A stretch of DNA of 64,000 bases from a virus. Where the stretch lies: positions 64,001 through 128,000 of the IMG/VR virus record IMGVR_UViG_3300044739_000018. One strand, given 5' to 3'. Each line of letters starts with the position of its first letter. The stretch's first letter is position 1. Below the pieces are notes generated by a model. That model worked only from the letters and a program-made list of their open reading frames with translations, was not told where the DNA came from and ran no database searches. The position numbers and the translations under genes were made by a program. Shown in pieces: positions 1-9,947 of this stretch.

Positions 1-145
1 CTGTGCGCTCGTTCTTGAGCTTCTTGCGGCTTACAAGGCCGCAGTTGCCACAGTAGTACCGGCTGCTGCCCCGGAGGATGGTGTGATCGGGATGACCGCG
101 GCAGGGCTGGTCGTCGAAAATGCCGCGGTACTCATTCGCCATCGC

Positions 146-394
146 TCACTTCGCAAACTCCGTAAAGCCCCCCAAGAACCGGGATTCTGTAGAGTTGACT
201 TCGTAGTCCCTACAGAGTCCATGCCTGTTGATGCTCAGCTCGCGTGAGGGGCCTGTGTGCTTTTCGTGCTCGTACCTGTGGAACGTACAGGTACCCCAAT
301 CGACCTTCGGCTCAATTCTGGCGTAAACACACGTGCCACAAGCCCGGATCTTGTAGTCGATCTCGATGAGCTTGCTACGTTTGTTTGCGTCCAC
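146..394 (-). CDS. hypothetical phage protein (Cys-containing)
   Basis: 82-aa ORF packed with neighbours; CxxC motif. Confidence 0.6.
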   Translation of the reverse strand: MDANKRSKLIEIDYKIRACGTCVYARIEPKVDWGTCTFHRYEHEKHTGPSRELSINRHGLCRDYEVNSTESRFLGGFTEFAK

Positions 395-959
395 GTTCCT
401 TGATCTTTGCTACCTGCTGCGCCGTGAATTCCTCCAACTCCAACAGCAGCGCCTCGACCTGTTCCTCGGTCCTGCCCGTCTTGACCAAACTCTGCCGCAA
501 TTCCTCTCGCAGCAGGTCAGTGATATCAGGCTTTACGAACTTGGGTTCATGCTTGCAGGGCGTGATGACGTGCTCGGTCTTGGGGCCAGGACACCGGCAT
601 TGACGCAGCGTGATGCCGCACTCGCAAACGTCGATGAAGTGACTCATTCGGTCTCCTTGGTCAGCCTGTCGACCTCGGCCAGCAGCAGACGACGGTCCCA
701 CTGCGCCTGGTAGTGCTCAGGCAACTTCGGTCCATACGCCGTGTCGCGGGCACGGATGGCTTCCAACTGCTTCGGAGTCATTCTGCCCCCTTGGTCAGTG
801 CCTGCGTGAGCTTTTCGGCATCGGCCTGGCTCAACATCAGTTCGAGCACAGAGCCAGGAGCTTCCTTGTACTCGTTCACGGAGACGAAGGCGGTGATGCC
901 GACGCTGCGCAGGGCTGCCATCAAGTCACTAGAAGCCTTGCGTTCTCTGGCGTTACTCA

Positions 960-1538
960 TCAGCGCCGTTCGTCGTGATGGTCTATTGGCTTCCACTTCT
1001 TCTTCTCCATCCTGCGCACGGCCGCATCGAAGCTGATCGGCGCGTACTCCTGAGCGTCCACGCCCACGTCGAAGCTGCGCCTGTCGACGCGCTCTGCCAG
1101 CGTTCCGTGGCTGTGACCGTACAGGTGGAAGGCGCCTTTGTGGCTGCCGTTCCAGACCTCCATGCTGTAGTGACACAGCACGATCTTCTGCTTGCCGACG
1201 CTGATCTCATGCACGCCCGGGTGGATCTCGTCGAAACCCTCGGGGAACTCTGGGCTGCGCCGGAAGGCACTGGACTTGCGGGCGATGGTGCGGGCGTCGT
1301 GATTGCCGAGGATGATGACCTTGATGCCTTTGAGCTGGCGCAGGATATGACGAATCTCGTCATCCTTGATCTTCATGGCAAAGTCACCAAGGTGGTACAC
1401 CACGTCATCATCGTCTACGCGGTCGTTCCAGTTGTCGATCAGCGCCTTGTTCATCTGCGGGACGCCGGAGTAGGGACGGTCGCAGAAGTCGATGATGTTG
1501 GCGTGACCGTAGTGCGTGTCACTAGTGAACCAAATCAT
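960..1538 (-). CDS. calcineurin-like metallophosphoesterase
   Basis: Motifs FTSDTHYGH, YHLGDF, ILGNHD, HLYGHSH; ATG at 1538. Confidence 0.9.
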   Translation of the reverse strand: MIWFTSDTHYGHANIIDFCDRPYSGVPQMNKALIDNWNDRVDDDDVVYHLGDFAMKIKDDEIRHILRQLKGIKVIILGNHDARTIARKSSAFRRSPEFPEGFDEIHPGVHEISVGKQKIVLCHYSMEVWNGSHKGAFHLYGHSHGTLAERVDRRSFDVGVDAQEYAPISFDAAVRRMEKKKWKPIDHHDERR

Positions 1539-1730
1539 CCGTTCGCTTCCTCTTGAGGGCGGGGCCGATAACAGCGTCGAGCCGCCCGTCATGACCGACG
1601 AAGGAACGCATCCACCAATAGCCCTCGATGGAGGCGGCGAGACGCTTGCCCAGGTCATGTTGCTTGGCTCCGGGCCTCGGCACCAGCGACATGTGGACGA
1701 TGCGCCAGCCGCTCGTCCATTTTCTGCGGC

Positions 1731-2885
1731 TCAACCCGTGCCCTTGTAGTTCAGCACCTGATGGAGCGTGTGCTCGATCTTGACGAGATCCTTCTGATCC
1801 TCCATCACCTTGTCGATGTCCTTATACGCACCGGGCGACTCGTCGATGAGCGAGCCAGCATCCCGCGACTGCCAGGTCTTGCCCTTCATGGCAGCCTTCA
1901 AGTCGTCCCTCGTGAACATCTCCTTCGCCCTCTTGCGGGAGAACCTGCGTCCTGCTCCATGCGAGCAGGAGTTCCACGACAACGGGTTGCCGAGACCGCT
2001 CACGATGTAGCTGCGGGTGCCCATGGAGCCAGGGATGACGCCGAGCCTGCCAGTGTCAGCCTGGATGGCTCCCTTGCGGGTGATCCAAAGCTCCTGGCCG
2101 TCGTGCGTCTCCTGCTGCGTGAAGTTGTGGTGGCAGTTGATCCGCTGCCGCTCCTGGCCGGTGCCGACGAAGCTGAGCACTTCCTTCAACGCTGCTTCCA
2201 TCATCTGCTGACGGTTCGCCATGGCGTACTCCTGCGCCCACAGCATGTCAGCGATGTAGAAGCTGAACTCGGGGGTTCCCTGTGTGAAGTACGCCAGGTC
2301 GGGATCTTCGAGCTTCTCGCCCATGGCCTTCGCCATCTGCTTCGCGATCTTGATATGGCCGGAGGCAAGCTGGTTGCCGATGCCACGGCTACCGCTGTGC
2401 AGCACGACCCACACGGTGCCGCGCTCGTCGATGCACAACTCGAAGAAGTGGTTGCCCGAGCCAAGCGAGCCGAACTGCACGTGGGCCTTCTTGGCCTGGT
2501 CGCCGGTGAGCGGGTGCTTGTGGGCACCCATCCAGGCGTCCGCTGCCCGCGTGGAGTCAGCGTGCCACTTGCCCAGACCAGCAGGAACAACTTTCTCGAT
2601 CCTGCTCAGCAGCGGCTCCAAGTTGTCGGGAAGCTGGCCCTCGGTGAGCTTCAACTCAGATGCAATCATGCCGCACCCAATGTCCACGCCCACCGCTGCG
2701 GGCATGACGGCGTTCTTGGTGGGGATGACAGACCCGACTGTGGCCCCGATGCCGACGTGTGCGTCAGGCATGAGGGCGACATGGCCCTCCACAATCTTCA
2801 TGCGCGATGCCTTCTGCGCCTGGATGACGGTGCCTTCGTCGATATCCGACGCCCAGTTCAGGAGTCGGTCGTTGATCTTCTGCAT
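1731..2885 (-). CDS. rtcB: RtcB RNA 2',3'-cyclic phosphate/5'-OH ligase
   Basis: MPDAHVG, VGVDIGCGM, GSLGSGNHF, LHSGSRGIG, HHNF, RKGA, IPGSMG, SCSHGAGR, DESPGAYKDI. Confidence 0.97.
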   Translation of the reverse strand: MQKINDRLLNWASDIDEGTVIQAQKASRMKIVEGHVALMPDAHVGIGATVGSVIPTKNAVMPAAVGVDIGCGMIASELKLTEGQLPDNLEPLLSRIEKVVPAGLGKWHADSTRAADAWMGAHKHPLTGDQAKKAHVQFGSLGSGNHFFELCIDERGTVWVVLHSGSRGIGNQLASGHIKIAKQMAKAMGEKLEDPDLAYFTQGTPEFSFYIADMLWAQEYAMANRQQMMEAALKEVLSFVGTGQERQRINCHHNFTQQETHDGQELWITRKGAIQADTGRLGVIPGSMGTRSYIVSGLGNPLSWNSCSHGAGRRFSRKRAKEMFTRDDLKAAMKGKTWQSRDAGSLIDESPGAYKDIDKVMEDQKDLVKIEHTLHQVLNYKGTG

Positions 2886-3095
2886 TCGTCCCTTTCGGTT
2901 TCGTTTTCGTAGCGTCCCGGTCCCCCGAAACGTCCGTTGCGGGCGGCGATCTCTTTCGCTGCCTCGATATCGCCACGCAAGATGGCGTCCACTTCCTCAC
3001 GAAGTTCGTCGTTGCTCAGATGCTTCACGTTGCCTCCGACAGTAGCCAGCGAAGGGCTGAAAGCGCCATTGGTTTCAGCCCAACGCTCGTTACTG

Positions 3096-3806
3096 CTACA
3101 GGTCGCCGTAGGGCCGGTTCGCAGCAGCCTTGCGGCGGGCGTTGACCAGCAAAACGATTCCGGCGATGACAGCAGCGATGATGAGCAGCCAGATCAGCAG
3201 GGCAAACCACGGGAATCCCGAGGACGACTTGCCGATCAACTGTCCGTTCTGCACCGAGTAGCCCACCGGCGTCGGGTGCTGGTACCACGGCGAACCCACG
3301 GTGAAGTAGTTCGGGTAGTAGAACGGATCGTTCCACAGCAGCCAGTACGTCGGAGAGCCGAGGGGCGGGTAGTACCCCAGGTAACCACCGCGATAGGTGC
3401 TGTAGTAGTTGTTGTAGGTGGTGCGGCTGTAGGTGTAGGTCTTGTTGGTACCCGGCACCTTGTAGCTCTTGCCACCGGCAACGGTGTTCTTGGAAATGTT
3501 GATCTTGCCCTTGGTGGGCTGCACGGTGTTGCGAGCCGTCGAAGCCTGGACCTTGGTGCCCGTCTTGGTGGGGGCGTGCGTGGCACGTCCACCCGTCTTG
3601 GCGGGCGGCTTGGCAGCAGGCGGCTTGGTCGCACGTCCGCTGGATGAACTGCCACCGCTTGAACGACTGCCACCGGATGAGCGGCCACCGGATGAGCCGC
3701 CGGATGAGCGTCCACCGCTGGAACCCTTCGCGTCAGCAACGCTCGCCATCGAGAACGTCAGGGCGAACAATGCGCTGAACACGGCGACGAGTAGCTTGCG
3801 TGTCAC
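3096..3806 (-). CDS. exported/membrane-anchored low-complexity protein
   Basis: Signal peptide, Gly/Ser and Lys/Pro/Thr tracts, Tyr-rich segment, C-terminal TM helix with basic tail. Confidence 0.7.
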   Translation of the reverse strand: MTRKLLVAVFSALFALTFSMASVADAKGSSGGRSSGGSSGGRSSGGSRSSGGSSSSGRATKPPAAKPPAKTGGRATHAPTKTGTKVQASTARNTVQPTKGKINISKNTVAGGKSYKVPGTNKTYTYSRTTYNNYYSTYRGGYLGYYPPLGSPTYWLLWNDPFYYPNYFTVGSPWYQHPTPVGYSVQNGQLIGKSSSGFPWFALLIWLLIIAAVIAGIVLLVNARRKAAANRPYGDL

Positions 3807-4447
3807 CAGGAATACCTCTTTCGTTGGTAGGGATCGGGATTGCGCTTCTTGTGGACGAGGTTCTGCTCTCTGATGGACTTGAAGATCGCGTCGTCCACAA
3901 ACGAATCCTCCGCCATGTTGTCTACGTGATCTGCCAGCCACAACCCACAGTAAAGCGGGTCGTCGTGCTTCTTGACCGGGTAGATGTAGATGGCACCATC
4001 CTCAGGCCAGTTGCCCTGACCCATGATGGTGCGGATTGCAAAGTTGATGGCGTCAACGGGCAGGTCCGGGCCGTAAGGCACGATGTACCCGAGAGCCACG
4101 GTTGGCTCGGCTCCAGGGACGTTGGCCCAGCAGGGCTGGTCAACCAGGAAGGTGCCAGCCTCGGCGTTCGCCATGTCGTTGGCCTGGAGTGTGTCCCAAA
4201 ACATTTCGGCAGCCTCACGGTCGGACAAACGGTCGTTCCGTGGTGTGAGAAGGTAACCGATCGGCCCCTTCATGTCGCGGATCGTGGTGATCCACGGCAG
4301 GGTGAGCGTGGCCTGGTAGTACGACCCGAGAGCGGCGTTCAGGTCATCCAGCGGGAACTCGGCCTCGACAGGCTCGTCAAAGGCGAGGATGGCCTGCTGT
4401 ATGCAGTCGAGATCGCCCACAGAGAACATCAAGTCAAGCTGCGCCAT
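3803..4447 (-). CDS. hypothetical acidic protein
   Basis: ORF overlapping neighbours at start and stop. Confidence 0.6.
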   Translation of the reverse strand: MAQLDLMFSVGDLDCIQQAILAFDEPVEAEFPLDDLNAALGSYYQATLTLPWITTIRDMKGPIGYLLTPRNDRLSDREAAEMFWDTLQANDMANAEAGTFLVDQPCWANVPGAEPTVALGYIVPYGPDLPVDAINFAIRTIMGQGNWPEDGAIYIYPVKKHDDPLYCGLWLADHVDNMAEDSFVDDAIFKSIREQNLVHKKRNPDPYQRKRYSW

Positions 4448-4839
4448 GACGCCTTCGCAGTCCGAGGTCAGACCAGAAGGTCTGGTGCCATTGCACGTTG
4501 TCGGGTCGGTCTGTGCTGCTGAGTCGCCTGGATACGAACCGCCGACCGCACTCGCAGCGCCAGACGGTGCCGTGCGGCTCGGAGGCATGGTAGCCATCGC
4601 CCCGCACCGGCGGAGCGCACTGATGCAGCGGCTTCGCGCCACGCTTCACGATGGTCCCCATGGGTTACCGCCTCCCTGTGCAGTCAGTGACGCCACAGTG
4701 CTGCCAGCGCGTGTCGAAGAACAGGCCCGGCGTGTCATCGTCGATCCTGTTTCCCTGGACGAAGGCCCAGCCACAGCCGCATGACGTGATAATGAAGTTC
4801 GTGATGCGCGGGAATGGTCCACGCGGCTCCGGCGTCTTG

Positions 4840-5217
4840 TCACGTGCCATCGTCCACCTCATCCAGTATCTGCGTGTTGGTCTCCAGCACCTGGCGCAGA
4901 AGGACTTTGAGTTCCTCCTGCTCCTCGTGGGTGAAGGCGTCCCGGTTCACGATCAGCGTTGATGCGATGCTGGCCGTCACCATGGGCACAAAGAACACGA
5001 CCATGCTGGTGACCAGGCCAATGGCAACAAGGCGTCCCAGAAACGTCACGGGGTACGCGTCGCCGTAGCCAACGGTCGTTGCGGTGATCCACGCCCACCA
5101 CAGCGAGTCCCACAGGTTCTTGCCCTCTGCGATGTTGTACGTGATGCTGCTCACCACGAGCAGGACCACGGCCATCACCAGCAGCAGCCGCGGACTGTTT
5201 GCGATCTTGGCGATCAT
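4840..5217 (-). CDS. KcsA-like two-TM potassium channel
   Basis: TM - pore helix DSLWWAWITAT - filter TVGYGD - TM. Confidence 0.92.
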   Translation of the reverse strand: MIAKIANSPRLLLVMAVVLLVVSSITYNIAEGKNLWDSLWWAWITATTVGYGDAYPVTFLGRLVAIGLVTSMVVFFVPMVTASIASTLIVNRDAFTHEEQEELKVLLRQVLETNTQILDEVDDGT

Positions 5218-6013
5218 GACTTCCCCCAGCACACATCCATGACGAGAGCGACCAACAAGCACGTGCCGCCCATCCACACCGTCGCGCGGAACATTTCTCC
5301 GTAGTCCACGCTCACGTGATCGAAGCCCTCAACGAACCCCACGCCTACGTGAAACCAGGCGGTGATGAGCCAAATGGCAGCACAAACGCCCAGTACCGCG
5401 AGTGACCTCACCGCACCATCCCCTTGATCCGAGAAGCGGCCTCGTCGGCCAACCGCATGGCATGAGCCACGTCCTCGCTGTCAAGCTTCTCCAGCGCCAT
5501 GTTGGCCTGCGTGAGTCCGCAGTTGCAGCGTCCGTCTAGCTCGGGGAAGCCCGAGTCGTGCGCGGCAGCCGGGCAGTCGTTGAATCCCTCGTAGCCCTCC
5601 TGGAAGTGACCCCGGGCGACGTTGATGGCGAGCGCCAGGAGCACGTCGGTGTACTGGTCCTGCGTCAGTGTCGTGTACGGCTTGTCGATGTTCATGACGG
5701 GTAAATGTCGTCCACTTCGATCTCGTCGAAATCGGTCAGCGTGCCTAGGGCGTCGGTGACCCGCTTGGCGATCTCGTCAGACATCTTGTTCACGTCGACC
5801 TCGAACGCTTCCATGCCATGGATGTAGATGATGACCTCGAACTCGTTGGGAAGGTCCAACTCGTCGAGCAGGCGCGCTCGGAGGCGCACGTCCTCCACGT
5901 AGTCGTTGATGACCTGTGCCGCGTGCTTCTTGAACTGATGGACGACCTCTGCTTGGCGTGGCACCTGTGCCGGTGCCCGCTTCTTGGCGACCTTCTTGAC
6001 GGGTTTGGTTGCT

Positions 6014-6559
6014 TTACGGGGTACTGCCATTTGCGTTCCTCCATGCAAGGATGCTGTCGTCGGGCTGGCCGTAGAAGGACCGGACCTCGGCCTCCCACTT
6101 CCAGATGCGCATTTCGGTTTCGTAGATCATGCTTTTGTGCGTGGGGTCCATGCCGAGCACGTCTGTTGTCTTGGGGTTCGGCGTGGTGATGGCACAGAGT
6201 TTCGTCGCGTAGACCTCCATGGCCTTCAACATCCGGCGCGGATCCTCCAGGTGTTCGATGAGTTCGATGGCAACGATGAACTCGGCTTTGCGGGGTGGCG
6301 TCCAGAACTCCAGGTCGGTGCCGTCCAGACCACCGTCAATTGGCAGGTAACGACCACGCCAACCAAGCTCCCGCAGGTACACGTCGAACTCGGTCCACCC
6401 TGCGCCAATGTCGATCACCATGTCGTCGTTACAGAGGCCAGCGTCGATCATCTTCTCGGCCACGGCGGAGTAACGCTGGCAGCGCCACTCGTACTTGCCG
6501 GTGCGAGCCTTCAAGTACTGGTCACACGTATCAATCCACGGTGCCGTCTGTGTCGTCAT
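6014..6559 (-). CDS. class I SAM-dependent methyltransferase
   Basis: VIDIGAG motif I; IELIEHLEDP; ITTPN. Confidence 0.8.
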   Translation of the reverse strand: MTTQTAPWIDTCDQYLKARTGKYEWRCQRYSAVAEKMIDAGLCNDDMVIDIGAGWTEFDVYLRELGWRGRYLPIDGGLDGTDLEFWTPPRKAEFIVAIELIEHLEDPRRMLKAMEVYATKLCAITTPNPKTTDVLGMDPTHKSMIYETEMRIWKWEAEVRSFYGQPDDSILAWRNANGSTP

Positions 6560-7268
6560 CGCGCCACCCCCAATCCTCGTTGAATGACTCGTCATCAGGG
6601 TAGAGCGAACGGGCCTGGTCCTCGGTGATGGGCAGATATGCAGCAGGCGTGCCGTTGCACCAGCCAAGCACGCTGTTCCAGGTGCCATAGCCGTAACCGC
6701 TGTCGCGCACCCAGCGCAAAGGGGCACGATCCCAGGCGGCGATCCAAACGCTCTCGATGAGCGCCTTGAACACGTTCTGATTGGTTGCCGTGATGGCAAA
6801 GCCCCACAGGCTGTCGGACAGCCCCAGAATGCGGCTGTTCCAGTTGCTGCGGGTGACGAACTCGCTCTTGTCGAAGTTCGTCTCGTGCGGATTCGGGTCG
6901 GCGGTGGTGAACTTTGTCATCTTGATCTCGTGGAACTCCGTCACTTTGTCTCCAGGTCTTTGGCGAGCTTGGTCAAGCTCTTGGCTGCTGCCCGCATCTG
7001 TATGGCCTGTCTGTGATCGAAGTCGCGCCGACAGAATTGGACGTGCTTGAAAATGTCAGTCTCGATGGGGTCGTGGCACCAACCACAGTTGCCGCCCGAG
7101 TGGACGGGTAAAGGTTTACGCCCTCGCCCGCCCATGATCTCATAGACGAGGTAGTCGGCGCGTCCGATCTCGTTCTCTGCGGTCGTAACGTCACCCCCAC
7201 GTGCCGCTACCGCTGCATTGCCTAGTACCTCGCGTATCTCGTGCAGGTCACGAACGTCGACGAGCATG

Positions 7269-7859
7269 TCAGTCCCAGAGGTCGAAGTACCAGGCGTGGA
7301 ACAGCTTGAACCCCTCGTCGAACTTGGTCTCCAGCGCAACGCGCTCGTCAGGCTCGGGGAACTCGTTGCCGAGAACCTTGGCGGCCTCGAAGCCCTCGAT
7401 GATCTTGGTCAGCACGGCGTTCCACGCCTCGCTGCCCGTCTCGGTGTCACTCGGCTCGCCCTCACCGTGCAGGCTGGCGGGGTAGCCGTGCTCCGTGGCG
7501 CGCAGGTGGGTGACGGTGCCGATGATTACGTCGTTGAGGTAATCGAACAGGCTCCACACGTCACGGTAGGACCAGCCACGCTCGGCCCGCTGGCGCAGGT
7601 GCTTGTACCTGGCGCGGATGTGACGTGGAGTCAGGTGCTTGTGCTCGATGATGCGGGCGACGCGCAGGTAAAGCGGCCGCGGTGTCAGTTTGTCGAAGAT
7701 GGCGTGCTGTTCCTTCCAGAGTGGGGAGTCAGGCTCCCAGCGGTAGGTGCCGTGCTCCGTGCGAAGCAGGTTGTCGATCTCCAGGTAACGCTCGTTCTGG
7801 AGCGCACGACGCTTGCCCTTGTCATACCAGCGATTGTGCAGCTTCTCGTAGACGCTCAT
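7269..7859 (-). CDS. hypothetical phage protein
   Basis: 196-aa ORF ending ...FHAWYFDLWD, packed with neighbours. Confidence 0.65.
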   Translation of the reverse strand: MSVYEKLHNRWYDKGKRRALQNERYLEIDNLLRTEHGTYRWEPDSPLWKEQHAIFDKLTPRPLYLRVARIIEHKHLTPRHIRARYKHLRQRAERGWSYRDVWSLFDYLNDVIIGTVTHLRATEHGYPASLHGEGEPSDTETGSEAWNAVLTKIIEGFEAAKVLGNEFPEPDERVALETKFDEGFKLFHAWYFDLWD

Positions 7860-9377
7860 GTTCCGAACGTTCCCCCACAGGAGGGGCACGTCTCGCCACG
7901 CATGACGCCGGGGTGCGGGCAGGTGAGCCGGTTCGAGTCGTTCAGGAGAGAGCGAAGCTTGGCCTCGGACTCGGTGTCCTCCTGGTGCCAGATATCGGCA
8001 TGGTGCCCGAACACGTAGTTCGAGAGAAGCTGGCCGAGACGCTGATCCGGGTTGGCGTACCAAACAGAGCGAAGCATGTTGATGATGGTCTCGATGCGCT
8101 CGGGAGCACGCGGGGTGGACAGCCATGGAGCACCGACGCCCTCGGGGAAGTCGGTAGCCATGACGGCCTTGTGTGCCTCACGCACGGTGTCGCGGTTGAA
8201 CCCGTCGTTGGGGTCCTTCTCGGGGTCGTATGGCTCGTTAGGCATTGGCGGGTTCTGCTCCTGGTATCTCGGGTGTGATGCGGGCCTGCGGGCATGCAGC
8301 AACGAGAGCCTCGAACTGGTCTTTGCTCCAACGCTTGCCAGACACGTCGAACTCGAAGGTGTCCCATCCGTCCTTGACGTGCTTGCCAAAGCCGTAGATT
8401 CCGACGCCCGCTTCTTCCTCCAGGTACTCGTGCAGGAACACCATGGGCCGCTCGTATTCCTCGTGGCCCCTCTCCATGCCTGCTGCTGCGTACTCGTCGG
8501 GGTACTCGCGGATGAGACCAGCCAGGTCGATGGTCAGATCGACTTGGTATTCGATGCTGCCCTTGATCTCGAAAGGCTCGGGATAGGGCGGGCCGTGGAC
8601 TGGCAGCACGAGGTCGGGCATGCCGGGGAGTCCAAGCTGGTCAGTCATCGCCGCCTCCCATGGCGAGCAGAAACAGGAACACCAACGCGAGGATGAACAG
8701 GCCGAGGCCGAACAGCACAAATGCCTCCGGCCAGGTCACGCCATCCTGCACGATCCGGTCCCAAATCTGTGTAGCGAGAATCTCAGGCGTCATCGTCGTC
8801 ATCCTCGTCGTCGTCGGTGCCCGCACTCACGCCGACGCCATGGACCTGCTCCATGTGGTAGCGCAGCAACTCCTTGTCATCGTCGAAGCTGATCGGGCAA
8901 AGCTGGCACTGTCCAGGATCGGGGTCCTCGCCGCCCTGGAAGCGCATGTCGGGGAAGAAGTCGTCACCCAAGGACTCACGGTAGGTTCGCTTCTTGCGAT
9001 CCTCCATTTCCTTCTCGCGCTTCTCCTGCAAGACCTTGAACCGCTCGATGATGGCAGGATTGCTCGGGGCGTATGGGTTGGGTCCAGTGTTGGGACCACC
9101 GGGCACGATGCCTGCCTGCGCCCCTGTCTGTGCCTTCGCGACGATCTGCGTGCTGCCACACTCGGGGCAGATCTGCTCACCGAACTCGGGACCGATCCAG
9201 TTGTGCTCGGGTGTCCCGTCGCTGCACAGGTCGGGCACGTGCGGCTGACCCTGGATGGCGTTGCCGTTCTCGTCGATGCACTCAGGTGAGTCGTACTCGG
9301 TGTCGGCCCAGGTTCCTCCGGGGTTGGCCTGGTAAAGCTCTGAGCCGCATTCTCCACAGCTTGTGTTCATGGATCTC

Positions 9378-9947
9378 CTAGAGGTTCGGTTGTGCGTTGA
9401 CGCCCTGGATGCGCGCTCGAAGAACGGGTTCGAGAACGTCCGCATACAGCACGTTGCCGGGTAGCTGGTCTGCCGTCAAGGCCGAATGCCTTTCAAGCAT
9501 GAGGTCCATCACGTCGTCGGGAACCCGCTGATTGTGCTCCCGACGCCATTCGGTGTCATTCAGGTACCGGGCGGTGGCGTCGTCAACCCTGAACAGGATG
9601 CTCACGATGGGCACCTGATTGAGCAGAGCAGCCTCCATGACCTCCTTGCGCCAGCCCGAACGAATGTTGGTGCTGTCGAAGTAGACAGGCAGGTGGCGCT
9701 GCATGCGCTCCCGAACGATGCGGTGGGAGATCCCGAACACGAGGTCGTTGGCTGACTGATCGGCTCGGTTGCCAGTGATGACGTGGCGGAAGTGATCGGG
9801 CGACACGATGGCGTGGTGGTCGATGATGCCAGCCTGGATCAGCAACTGGCCCAGGGTGCTCTTGCCCGCGCCAGGAGGACCGACAGGAAGGAACAGCCTT
9901 CCTCCGCTCAGGTCGAGCAGCCCGCCCGTTCCCGTGCCTCCGCCCAT
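9378..9947 (-). CDS. P-loop kinase (AAA_33 / polynucleotide-kinase-like)
   Basis: Walker A GPPGAGKST, SPDHFR, FDSTN, RVPDDV. Confidence 0.85.
   Translation of the reverse strand: MGGGTGTGGLLDLSGGRLFLPVGPPGAGKSTLGQLLIQAGIIDHHAIVSPDHFRHVITGNRADQSANDLVFGISHRIVRERMQRHLPVYFDSTNIRSGWRKEVMEAALLNQVPIVSILFRVDDATARYLNDTEWRREHNQRVPDDVMDLMLERHSALTADQLPGNVLYADVLEPVLRARIQGVNAQPNL

Noticed and set aside
3600-3725. Short repeats CCGGATGAGC
   Set aside because: They encode the Gly/Ser linker of the membrane protein
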